Shown: piece by piece, positions 1 to 17,340 of the stretch | Position numbering within the stretch: position 1 is the stretch's first letter | Layout of the letters: the number at the start of each line of letters is the position of its first letter | DNA from: the human T2T-CHM13v2.0 reference genome, Homo sapiens | Assembly: GCF_009914755.1 (NCBI RefSeq) | Contig: NC_060928.1 | Length of the DNA: 64,000 nucleotides | Direction: 5' to 3' (one strand) | The notes under the pieces: model-generated | Told to the model about the DNA's origin: nothing | The model's database searches: none | Seen by the model: the letters and a program-made list of their open reading frames with translations, nothing else | Translations under genes and position numbers: made by a program

Positions 1-2522
<2,522 letters not shown>

Positions 2523-2585
2523 TATGATGTTCGCTGGTTATTTTGCTCATTAGTTGATGCAGTTTCTTCCTAGCCTCAATAGTCT

Positions 2586-3602
2586 TTACAATTTGGCATA
2601 TTTTTGCTGTGGCTGGTACTGGTTGTTCCTTTCCATGTTTAGTGCTTCCTTCAGGAGCTCTTTTAGGGCAGGCCTGGTGGTGACAAAATCTCTCAGCATT
2701 TGCTTGTCTGTAAAGGATTTTATTTCTCCTTCACTTATGAAGCTCAGTTTGGCTGGATATGAAATTCTGGGTTGAAAATTCTGTTCTTTAAGAATGTTGA
2801 ATATTGGCCCCTACTCTTTTCTGGCTTGTAGAGTTTCTGCTGAGAGATCAGCTGTTAGTCTGATGGGCTTCACTTTGTGGGTAACCTGACCTTTCTCTCT
2901 GGCTGCCCTTGACATTTTTTCCTTCATTTCAACTTTGGTGAATCTGACAATTATGTGTCTTGAAGTTGCTCTTCTCGAGAAGTATCTTTGTGGTGTTCTC
3001 TGTATTTCCTGAATCTGAATGTTGGCCTACCTTTCTAGGTTGGGGAAGTTCTCCTGGATAATATCCTGCAGAGTGTTTTCCAACTTGGTTCCATTCTCCC
3101 CGTCACTTTCAGGTACACCAATCAGATGTAGATTTGGTCTTTTCACATAGTCCCATATTTCTTGGAGGCTTTGTTCATTTCTTTTTATTCTTTTTTCTCT
3201 AAACTTCTCTTCTTGCTGCATTTCATTCATTTGATTTTGCATCACTGATACCCTTTCTTCCAGTTGATCGAATCGGCTACTGAGGCTTGTGCATTCGTCA
3301 CATAGTTCTTGTGACATGGTTTTCAGCTCCTTCAGGTCCTTTAACAACTTCTCTGCATTGGTTATTCTAGTTAGCCATTCGTCTAATCTTTTTTCAAGGT
3401 TTTTAACTTCTTTGCCATGAGTTTGAACTTCCTCCTTTAGCTCGGAGAAGTTTGATTGTCTGAAGCCTTCTTCTCTCAACTCATCAAAGTCATTCCCCGT
3501 CCAGCTTTGTTCCATTGTTGGCGAGGAGCTGCGTTCCTTTGGAGGAGGAGAGGTGCTCTGATTTTTAGAATTTTCAGTTTTTCTGCTCTGTTTTCTCCCC
3601 AT
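2586..3602 (-). pseudogene. L1 ORF1p, premature stop
   Basis: Starts MGRKQSRKTENSKNQS at 3602. Natural TAA at 2588-2586 gives the canonical 1017 nt. In-frame TAG at 3027-3029 truncates it to 191 aa. Confidence 0.93.
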
Positions 3603-4177
3603 CTTTGTGGTTTTATCTACCTTTGGTCTTTGATGATGGTGATGTACAGATGGGGTTTTGGTGTGGATGTCCTTTCTGTTTGTTAGTTTTCCTTCTAACA
3701 GTCAGGACCCTCAGCTGCAGATCTGTTGGAGTTTCCTGGAGGTCCACTCCAGATCCTGTTTGCCTGGGTATCAGCAGCAGAGGCTGCAGAACAGCAGATA
3801 CTGGTGAACAGCAAATGTTGCTGCCTGATCATTCCTCTGGAAGTTTTGTCTCAGAAGAGTACCCGGCTGTGTGAGGTGTCAGTCTGCCTCTACTGGGGTG
3901 TGCCTCCTAGTTAGGCTACTTGGGGGTCAGGGACTCACTTGAGGAGGCAGTCTATCCATTCTCAGATCTCAAGCTGCGTGCTGGGAGAATCACTACTCTC
4001 TTCAAAGCTGTCAGACAGGGACATTTAAGTCTGCAGAGGTTTCTGCTGCCTTTTGTTTGGCTATACCCTGCCCCTAGAGGTGGAGTCAACTGAGGCAGGC
4101 AGGCCTCCTTGAACTGTGGTGGGCTTCACCCAGTTCAAGCTTCCCAGCTGCTTTGTTTACCTACTCAAGCCTTGGCA

Positions 4178-4490
4178 ATGGCAGGCGCCCCTCCCCCACC
4201 CTCGCTGCCACCTTACAGTTTGATCTGACTGCTGTGCTAGCAATGAGTGAAGCTCCGTGGGTGTAGGACCCTCTGAGCCAGGCATGGGATATAATCTCCT
4301 GGTGTGCCGTTTGCTAAGACCATTGGAAAAGTGCAGTATTAGGGTGCGAGTGACCCGATTTTCCAGGTGCCATCTGTCACCCCTTTCCTTGGCTAGGAAA
4401 GGGAATTCCCTGACCCCTTGTGCTTCCCGGGTGTGGCATTGCCTTGCCCTGCTTGGGCTTACACTTGGTGCGCTGCACCCACTCTCCTGA
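4178..4490 (+). pseudogene. L1 antisense ORF0 remnant, frameshifted
   Basis: ATG at 4178 reads MAGAPPPPSLPPYSLI then stop. Track ORF 4257..4490 (GVGPSEPGMGYNLLV...VTRFSRC) resembles the ORF0 C-terminal half. Confidence 0.8.
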
Positions 4491-4607
4491 ACCCACTGTC
4501 TGACAATCCCCAGTGAGATGAACCTGGTACCTCAATTGGAAATGCAGAAATCATTCGTCTTCTGCGTCGGTCACTCTGGGAGCTGTAGACTGGAGCTGTT
4601 CCTATTC

Positions 4608-4617
4608 GGCCATCTTG
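4608..4617 (-). promoter_or_regulatory. YY1 site of the L1 internal sense promoter
   Basis: GGCCATCTTG on + (CAAGATGGCC on L1 sense) at the canonical position near the L1 5' end. Confidence 0.85.
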
Positions 4618-4899
4618 GCTCCCCATATGACTATATCAATTGATTGAATCTTTATTCTTCACATATAAAATAGAGCTAGTCACATTTTTTGGCCCACAGC
4701 TTTTTGTTCTCAATCTGTGAAAATCCATTCTGTGGTTTTTTTTTACTTATATCTCCTTCCCTCATCTACATTTTCATTCCATTCACCCTCTATGAGATGT
4801 TTGAAATACACCCTTAAATATTTATGAATCCCTTAAATATCTATGTGTCTGTAAGTATTTTAAGCTAACTAAAGAATGCTTTATTCTGTTTCTACTCTA

Positions 4900-5290
4900 C
4901 TTACTCAACACTGTGAATTTGAGGTGTGTTTATTATTGCTGAATGTACCTCCAGTTTGTTGCTTTTAACAGAATTTATTTCATTGTATTCATCATTACAT
5001 TAGGTTTAGGCAGGGTTTCTTCAACTTTTTGCACCACCCTACAACACTATGATAAACATCATGGAAGAACCATGCATGAAATTTGGAGTGCAAGCACTGG
5101 GTCACAGACCACATTTCTTAAACTTTTCTAAAACTTCCAATATGACTTTCCAAAATGGCTGAACCAGTTTAATCAGTCTAGAGTTATCATCTTTTCTACT
5201 TCTTAGGAAACATGCGATGACATCCCCTCTTTAATTTTTGTTATTCTAATGGGAATAAGTGATAACTCATCAACTTATTTTCTAGTTCCA
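4900..5290 (-). mobile_element. Old L1M 3'-region fragment
   Basis: Degenerate motifs such as TTCCAAAATGGCTGAACCAGTTT and TTTAATTTTTG..ATTCTAATGGG. Boundaries approximate. Confidence 0.5.
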
Positions 5291-5309
5291 TGCATAGTTC
5301 CATAGGAGA

Positions 5310-5520
5310 CTGCACAGTTGGAACCTGGGCTCCACCACACTCACAAACTATGGGACTTCAGGTAACTTTCATAATTCCTCTGCCCTTCAGATCTCATGAG
5401 TAAAGGGAAATATTAATAACACTAGCACTGAATTCATATGGGTGCTGTAAAAGTTCTATGAGCAAAGGTAAATAAAAGCACTTAGAACCAGGTCTAACAT
5501 GTTATAGGAGGCACTATGAT
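5310..5520 (+). mobile_element. MIR SINE
   Basis: MIR-core-like sequence ending AAAGCACTTAGAACCAGGTCTAACATG. Confidence 0.65.
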
Positions 5521-5544
5521 GTGTCAGTATTATTTTATCTATCA

Positions 5545-5621
5545 AAATATAAATTCCATGAGGGCAAGATTTCTGTTTATTTATTTTTTGCTTTAATCTC
5601 AGTGCCTAGAGCAGTGTCTTT
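5545..5621 (+). mobile_element. L2 3'-end fragment, interrupted by the L1 insertion
   Basis: TAAATTCCATGAGGGCAAGATTT...AGTGCCTAGAGCAGTG matches the L2 3' terminus. Confidence 0.65.
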
Positions 5622-8767
<3,146 letters not shown>

Positions 8768-10055
8768 TAGAGCAGGGTCTTTACATGATGAAGTATGTTG
8801 ATTATATAGAATTTTTATTGCCTTCCTGAAAAACACTTACTCAAAATGTGTCATTTTTAATACATTAAGGGATTCCATTTTTTCTAGTGGCATCCTATAT
8901 TAGTGTTATAAACACGGGAAATCATCCACCAAAGGCAATGTGGCAAAAAAATAAAAATATAATTTAAATCCTCTTTCTCACTCTCTCAAGCTAATCTGCC
9001 CTCCACTGCCTGGGAGCGCTTTGTCTCAACTGTTCCCCAAGGATTTTCTGTAGTCTTTCTAGTTTTTCAGAGTTTCTTTTTAATTCCATAGCATTTCTAG
9101 AGCTGGGTTATGGAAGGGAGTCATCAGCCTAGACTAATTTGCTCCTTCTTTTATTAGTGTATCAGATTTGCAGATAACCTAATGCAAAGAAGAATCAGAA
9201 ATTTATTCAGTGCAACAGTTAAGATTAAAATAATATATATTTGCTGGATTGAAACAGTGAAATTCAATTTAATATTAATTGAAATGTAAAGTATTACATT
9301 TATAGTTAAAATTCTATTGTCAATATATGCAATATGCAAGAATTAATAGCATGCTATATTAAATTACTAAGAGTAATTAGTTGACCAATAGATTGAATAT
9401 GAGATAGCAATGCATCGTGGATTCTAAAAAGAAAGTCCTTTGGAGTATCTGCCTCTGGTAAACTACATGTTCTGATAGAACTTCCTATATCAGAAAACTA
9501 GGTCCAAAATAACACAGATTTTTGATCTAAGCACAACTTGCAAATGTAAGCAAGTTTTCCATTGATACTGAAAATTCAAATTCTTCTTCGTTCTTCTCCT
9601 GTTCTGCCTCCTCCTCATCTTTATTACCTGTGAGCTTGTGTCTGAGCTAAAACAGAAAGTAATGAGGTACATGAAGGAATGAAGTTGTCCTGGAGACAGA
9701 TACCAAAAGAAGTATTGCAATAGAGCACTGATTCTCAGGCCAACAGCCAGGTTTCTAAGCTGAGCCTGGAGCTCTCACGTGGATCTGGGGCTTTCGTTGG
9801 AGTTAAACAGTTCCAGATCATTGGCAACTTTTGCCTCTCCTAGAAGGTGTAAAACTTCCCTAAAAGAAACCATTATCAATACATTTATAAGATTTCTACA
9901 ATTAAAATCAAGCAATGAGTTTACAGAGGTAAACAAGCATATAATGAGTGAAACCACAAGCAAGTTGTGTCAGCTGTAACAATTAACATAGTTAGTCACT
10001 CCACCACCCATCACAAACTGCAAGAACTCTCAGATATAGGCTATATAATGGTTAA

Positions 10056-10435
<380 letters not shown>

Positions 10436-10439
10436 GTTT

Positions 10440-10850
10440 TTTAAAGGCATTAAATAAGTGATTTTTAGGGATGAGCAGGCACATTTGAAAAAGAAACAAT
10501 AGAACTTTCAGATATGAAAAACATGAAGACTAAAACAACAACAGCAACAAAAACATACATAAAAACCTCAGTGCAGAAATGTAAAGGGTTTCTACATAGC
10601 TGAATGCAGAATTATTCCGAAGATATAGCTGAAGGAATTACCTAGGATTCAGCACAGATAAGATAGCTTCCAGAAAATATGAAAGAGAAATTAAAGAAAA
10701 CTACAACTAGAAGATCTAATTTGAGTTCCAGAGAGCAAGAATAGAGAATGTAGAAGAGGGGAAATACACTTAGGAATAATGACTAGGAATTTTCAGAGGT
10801 GATGAAACACATGAATATACAGATCTAAAAAACATGGCAAAAGAGTTTTG
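10440..10850 (+). mobile_element. Old L1M/HAL1 ORF1-like fragment
   Basis: A-rich ORF1-like motifs (GAGTTCCAGA...AGAGAATG...ATAATGACTAGGAATTTTCAGA). Confidence 0.5.
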
Positions 10851-11384
10851 TTCATGAGATTGTGGTATACATAAAATAAGTGCTGGGAACTATGAAATGT
10901 GAAATAGACAAAGAAATTAGCAATGACACTACTCAAGAGGAAATATAAATTTTGTTCAATGATAGAGAAAGTTTAATAGTAATTAGCACTGTCCCTAAAT
11001 TTAAATAAATATCTGAAATTTATCTAGGAGACTGCTCATGATATTTTTTGGTGAAAAAAAGTGTGATCCGTGGGCCATTTGAACCTTAGCACTGTAAAAC
11101 TGTGTAACTGAAAAAAGCTGTAGCAACAATGGCCTGTAAATAACTGTCCTAGATGATTGACATTTTAGGGGTTTGGGATTATTTTGTGACACTTTTGTGA
11201 AAATTATGTATGATGAGAAAATCATATGTCCAAAATTAGAATACTGCGATAAATGCTGTTTAGTGAATTAATGGAAAGCCAAATGAATAATTTGATGGAA
11301 GTTTTTATTTTTCCCTCCATTATATTAAAATTGCATGGGAGCTTTTACTATTGGGCAATGTTTTCCTTAAAAAGTTATGTTATA

Positions 11385-13681
11385 TTTTCAGTTTCAGCTC
11401 TGACATACAAAAAGCTGTCACTCTTGTCCCCACAAGTAAAAAGATAAGCAAATTAACATGAATTTTCTTAGAGCCATCTTAAAATTGAAGTCCCAGGGCA
11501 AATTGTCACTCTGAAATATGGAGAGACAGGTCAATAGAGAGAATCACAGCCAAGGTCAGCTTACCTGAAGCAGAAGCCACTGGACCCAGTGACTGGTAGG
11601 AACACTTAAATAGTAGTTTTGATGATTTGCTAGAGGCTGCTTGTAAACTCAAACCAGTTTACATGCAGCCTCTAGTAAACTAGTTTGAATACACAGCCTG
11701 GTTGCATATAGTTTGAGAATTAGAAATTTCTGGGAGCCCAGTCTCCCCACTTCTTTTCCTTTTGAGTTAAAGAATTTAGATCTCCAGGGGACTGATCCCC
11801 TGACTGAGAATTGAACCTCGGCCACAGTGTTGGAAGTACCAAACCCTAACCACTAGATTACAGGGTGGAGTGGCCTTTGGGGGCCAAGTCTTATGCAGGT
11901 CTAGCGAAAGGAAAAGTAACTAAAGTGCCCAGAGCATTCTCCATAATAAAGGCCTGCTCTCTAAATGAAACTACTTTACCAGAGCTTTATATGACTTGGA
12001 AGGAAAAACGATTAGCCAACTCTAGCATTCCTGTCTCCTGTAAGGAGAGAGAATAAAGGCTAAGAAATGCTGAACATCACAGCTTAGAGAGACTGACTAA
12101 ACACTGAGATTTAATCATAAAATTACAGAATGCTTCCTGTCCCTAACATTTTACCATCACATCAACAGTGCTCTGTTATAAGAACAGTGGATTACAACTG
12201 AGAGAGCTGGAAGACACACAAACTATTGAAGGAGTTCTTAGTGAAATCCAAAGACAATAGGAGAAGAAACAGAGAGGGAACTAGAAGAAACTGATGCATC
12301 TGGCAACTACACCTTGTATGGCATTGTTCTTAGCAAGATTAACATAGGTCCTCATACTAAAAGCCTAATTATTTCAGTTCCTGTTACCCAATACATCCTG
12401 TGTGGCTTTCAACAAAACATTTAAAAACATGGTAAGAGGGAAAAAAAAATCTGGAGAAGCAAAGCAAGAATCAGAACCCAATGTGAATATAACATTAATT
12501 CTGTAATTAGCAGAAAATGAATTTAAATAATGATTAAAATGTTAAGGGCTCTAATAGAAAAAGTAGACAACATGCAAGAATAGATGAACATTGTAGAGAA
12601 ATGAAAACTCTGAAAGAGAATTAAAAGGAAATGCAAGAAATCAAAACTACTGTAATAGAAATGGCAGATGCCTTTGATGGACTCCTAGCTAGAGTGTGCA
12701 CCACCAATTAAAAAAAATCAGTGAGCTTCAAGATATGTTCATAAATACTTCCCAAACTGAAATGCGAAGACAAAAGAAAAATAAAGACAAAAAATTAAAA
12801 CACAATATCCTGAACTGTGGGACAATTACAAAAGGTATAAATGCATGTAACAGGAATACCAGAGGGAAAAGAAAAAGTTATTCATCGCTGGTGGGAGTGC
12901 AAAATGGTATAGTGATACTGGAAGACAGTTTGGCGATTTCTTACAAAGCTAAACAGTCTTACCATATGATGCAGCAGTCCCATTCTTAGGTATTTACCTA
13001 ATGAGTTTGAAAATTTATATCTGCATATAAACATGCACATGAATGCATATAGCAGCTTTATTCACAATTGCCAAAAACTAGAAAGAAGCAACCAAGATAC
13101 CTTTCAGTAGGTTGAATGGATTAACAAATACCCTATATATTACATGAAACGGAGTATTATTTGACAATAAGGAGAGATGATCTATTAAGCCACAAAAAGA
13201 CATTGAAGAACCTTAAAAGCATATTGCTAAGTAAAAGAAAAAAAATCAGTCTGAAAAGGCTGTATATAATATGATTCTGACTGTGACATTCTGGAAAAGA
13301 CAATACTGTAGATAAGGTTAAAAAGGTCAGTGGTTGCCCGGGTTTTGAAAGAGAGAGAGTGGGGTGAATAGATTAAGCACAGAGGTTTTCTAGGGCAGTG
13401 AAATATTCTGTATGAGATTGTAATGGTGGATACACAACATGCATTTGTGAAAAACATAGAAGTGTACAACAAAAGGTGAACCTTAGTATAAATTATGAAC
13501 TATACTTCATAATAATGTATCAATATATCAATATGTTCATTAACTGTGACTATGTACCACACTAATACAGGATGTTAGTAAGAGGGGAAATTGTGTGTAT
13601 GTGGTAGGGAGTATATGGAGACTATATTATCTGCGCACAGTTTCTGCAAATTCAAAATAATTCTTAAAATGAGTCTATTAA
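11385..13681 (+). mobile_element. L1MC/L1MD-type fossil: 5'UTR and ORF1 joined near 12875 to the ORF2 end and 3'UTR
   Basis: ORF1-like AAAAGTAGACAACATGCAAGAA...GAACTGTGGGACAATTACAAAAGG, then TCATCGCTGGTGGGAGTGCAAAATGG and an L1MC-like 3'UTR (GTGAACCTTAGTATAAATTATG). Confidence 0.75.
11796..11865 (-). pseudogene. Decayed tRNA-Glu-derived sequence
   Basis: + strand TCCCCTGACTGAGAATTGAACCTCGGCCACAGTGTTGGAAGTACCAAACCCTAACCACTAGATTACAGGG aligns end to end with the reverse complement of tRNA-Glu. Many differences are CpG-type transitions. Confidence 0.75.
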
Positions 13682-13742
13682 GCCTTTTTGCATAATTTCA
13701 ACTTTATTTTAGATTTGGGGGTACAAGTGCACATTTGTTATG
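13682..13742 (-). mobile_element. 61-bp L1 (old L1PA-type) 3' terminus with 12-bp TSD
   Basis: TTTCAACTTTATTTTAGATTTGGGGGTACAAGTGCACATTTGTTA flanked by TGAGTCTATTAA at 13670-13681 and 13743-13754. Confidence 0.8.
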
Positions 13743-13859
13743 TGAGTCTATTAATTTAAAATGTTATATCATGTCATATAAAAATAATAATGTTCAACTA
13801 ATTTTGACTGTGAAACCAGCATTTTTATATAGTTTCCATTTTATATTACTGGCTCAATA

Positions 13860-15137
13860 TTAAGGTTCCTCAAAAAGTTTATGGAAAATACATATTATGG
13901 AAAAATGATGCACGGATGTTAATTTTTTTACACCAAAATAAGTTCATATTAACTTGTTATATCATGTCTGAACCTGATCGACTTTGAAGCACTAAGATAG
14001 ATAATACATCAGTTTGAAGAGTCCCCTATCAGAGCAACATAAATTTTGATAAAACTGAAGAACAAACATTAAATTTATGATGAAGCTTGGGTGAAAGAAT
14101 GGTGAAATAATTGATGCTTTATGAAAAGTTTATGGGATCAAAGCTCTAAAGAATTAGCAGTTTACAAATGGAGAACTTTTGAAGAAGGGACAAGACAATG
14201 TTGATGATTAAGCCGCTAATGGTAGACCATCTAACATCAACTTGTGAGAAAAAAATTCATCTTGTTTATGTCCTGATTGAAGAGGACTAATGATTAACAG
14301 GGGAAACAATAGCCAACACTGTAGACACCTTAATTGGTTCAGTTTATACAATCCTGACTGAAAAATTAAAGTTGAGCACATTTTCTACTCAATAGTTGCC
14401 AAATCATCACGTCCAGATCAGCTGCAGATGAGAGCAGAGCTTTCAAGGGAAATGGTAAACAAGTGAGATCCAGGTCCTGAAGAATTTCTTGGAAGAACTA
14501 TAATAGAAGATGAAACATGGCTTTACCAGTATGATCCTGAAGTCAAAGCACAATCAGAGCAGTGGCTATCAAGAGGTAAAAGTGGTTCAGTTAAAGCAAA
14601 AGTGAACCAGTCAAGAGCAAATATCATGCAACAGTTTTTTGGAATATGCAAGGAATATTGTTTGATGACTTTCTGGAGGGCCAAAGAGTAATAAAAGTTG
14701 CTTATTATGAGAGTGTCTTGATAGCCAAAGCTTTAATAAAGAGATGCCTGGGAAAGCTTCACCAGAGAGGAGTTCTCCACCATCATAGCACTCCTGCTCA
14801 TTCCTTTCATCTAACAAGGGCAATTTTGTGAGTTTCTGTAGAAAATCATTAGGCATTCCCTGTACAGTCCTGATCTGGCTCATTCTGACTTGTTTATATT
14901 TCCTAATCAAAAAATCTTTGAAAGGCACTCATTTTTCTTCAGTTAATAATGTAAAAAAACTGCATTGACATGGTTACATTCCTAAGACCCTCAGTTTTTT
15001 AAGGTTGAACTAAATGACTGATATCATTGCTTACAAAAGTGTCTTAAACTTGATAGAGCTTATGCTGAGAAATTCAGTTTATGTTTGTATTTTTATCTTT
15101 AAATTTTATTTTCCACAAACTTTTTGAAGTCTCCTCA
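13860..15137 (+). mobile_element. HSMAR2 mariner DNA transposon, near full length, dead transposase
   Basis: TIR-like ends (CTCAAAAAGTTTATGGAAAAT / ATTTTCCACAAACTTTTTGAAG) with TA on both sides, ~1.28 kb. Transposase motifs DETWLYQYDPE (~14510) and YSPDLA.SD (~14862). Multiple stops. Confidence 0.92.
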
Positions 15138-15555
15138 TATTCTTGTGTGATACTGCAATGGTATAGTTTAATATTTGAATTTAGATCTAAAACACAACTC
15201 TGAAGTATTGTTGAATTTGATTACTATATTGCTCAAATGAACACTTCAAATTAGAAAAAAATTCTGTTATCTAAATAACCATGTACATATATATATATAT
15301 TTACATGCACAGAGAGAGTAAATCACATTGTTTCCAAATATTAATAATGCCTTAAAGAATTAGTATTGACTATATGAGTTTCCAAAATTAATAAAATATG
15401 AGCATCCTTTGTTAATGCTCTTTGGTAATATAAAAACCCATTTCATTTTTACTATGATGATGGTTCTAATTTTACCAAAGATTTGCTTGACTTCTCTATG
15501 ATGATAAGTTAACCACCCATTAGAGTGTTAAATAACTAAGGTTCTTCTCTTTTCT

Positions 15556-15687
15556 TTTTTTTTTTTATTATTATACTTTAAGTTTTAGGGTACATGTGCA
15601 CAATGTGCAGGTTAGTTACATATGTATACATGTGCCATGCTGGTGTGCCGCACCCATTAACTCATCATACCAATATTAGGTATATCT
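15556..15687 (-). mobile_element. 132-bp young L1PA 3' terminus with 16-bp TSD
   Basis: Poly(T) then TTATACTTTAAGTTTTAGGGTACATGTGCAC. TSD GGTTCTTCTCTTTTCT at 15540-15555 and 15688-15703. Confidence 0.92.
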
Positions 15688-17064
15688 GGTTCTTCTCTTT
15701 TCTGAGTTCTTTACCCCACTAATCTAGTTAGTGTTTTATTCTTGACTTTAATTTTACTGATACTATCTTGACTTCGAGATTCATATTAGCCATTCATTTC
15801 TCAGAGGATCAAATGAAAAGGTAAACACATACTTATAAAGTACATGACCATAGCTCAAGTGAATTTTATGCACCACAAGGAGGAACTCACCCATTTGCTG
15901 GTTTCGAAGATAATTTCATTACTTCATGTGCAAATAAAGTAACATTTCTAAAATTATTAAATAAATTGTTGATTATTTTCTGTATGCTTTTATGATTTCA
16001 AAGCAAATAAAGTTTTCACCTAAATATCTTTTCAGTGTTTTAAAAGTAATACAACAAGACATCTTTTACATAATTATAGACAATGAACATAAGTGTACTC
16101 ACATCCTTATGATCAATTTTATTGAGTGAACTAATAACAACAGACTCATGAGTATTTTGAAGTTAAAGGAGTAAATTTTTGTCTGGCTGAAAGTATTAGT
16201 CTATATGTAGCAATATTTTAATTTATTCATTTGTTTCATCAGTCATTAAGACTAATTTACTGAATCTACTATATATTAGGCACAAAATGTGGTATAGATA
16301 CAGAATATTTTGTCATCATACAATTCTCATTTGTAAAGTTATTGTTTATTTTGTTTATTGTACCATTTGAAGTATAAATTAATCCTTGAGATCTTTAAGT
16401 ACATCCAGTATTTGGGGAAAATTTTAATATTCTAAAAAGTTATGCACATTATTCTATACTAAATATCACAAATATGTCATAAAAATGAGTTATTTAAAAA
16501 GTTCCATTATAAATAAATAAACAAAATTGGCACATAACTTCACTCTTCAGAGAAGGATGAAAAGGAATCATGTGGATAGTAGATACTAAATATGTTGACA
16601 GAGAAAGAGAGGGACTGAGAGGCTGATTGAGAACAGCTATGAAGAGGGGCAGTTGGCTTCTTGATTTTCTCCATCTTGGAGTTATTTTAACATTTTATTA
16701 TATCTAAGTGTCTTGTTGCACCTTGGCCTACTGCCTAAAATGAGCATATAGGTGTACACATTTAACCAGTACATAATTTAGATCTGTTGGAAATTCTTCC
16801 TATGCAAGTTCCTGTTCTTTATTTTCTTTAACATCTTTGTACCTAAGTTAACTTATATCCTTTTATTGTTGTTTTGTCATCTTAATCTATAATTTATTTT
16901 TCCCATTATAGAAGCTATCTCCACTAAATAGTACCAATTTGAAACATAGAGAAAAATAGAAAAAAAAGTGAGATCTGCTGTATATAGTTTTATTCCTAGA
17001 CATAATCACAGGTAGTAGCTTGACATCCCATCTATTTTTAAAATTTAATTGAAATGCATTTTAT

Positions 17065-17340
17065 GAGATTTTCCTCCTAGAAGCCTTCCTAGGTTCTTTG
17101 ATTTAAAATTGTTTTCACACAGTAGTTTCCAAGGCAGCTTGCAACTTCCCCCTTCTAGGACTTAAAACATTTCCATTAAATAGCTGTTTAATTGCCTGCA
17201 TGCAGCCTCCCACTCCCACACAAACCTAACTAGGTTGTAGGCTCTAAAAAAGCAAGAACTCTCTGTCTTAACCATTACTGTATTTCTAGCAACTAACAAA
17301 GTACTGTGCATATAGTAGGATCAATAAATATTTGTTCATA
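17065..17340 (+). mobile_element. L2 3' fragment
   Basis: TCCTCCTAGAAGCCTTCCT ... ATAGTAGGATCAATAAATATTTGTT. Confidence 0.7.

Noticed and set aside
9560-9640. Minus-strand acidic exon-like stretch (DEEEAEQEKNEEE)
   Set aside because: Low-complexity purine tract, no recognisable protein and no convincing splice pair.
11796-11865. Functional tRNA gene
   Set aside because: Many stem-disrupting and B-box substitutions; treated as a pseudogene.
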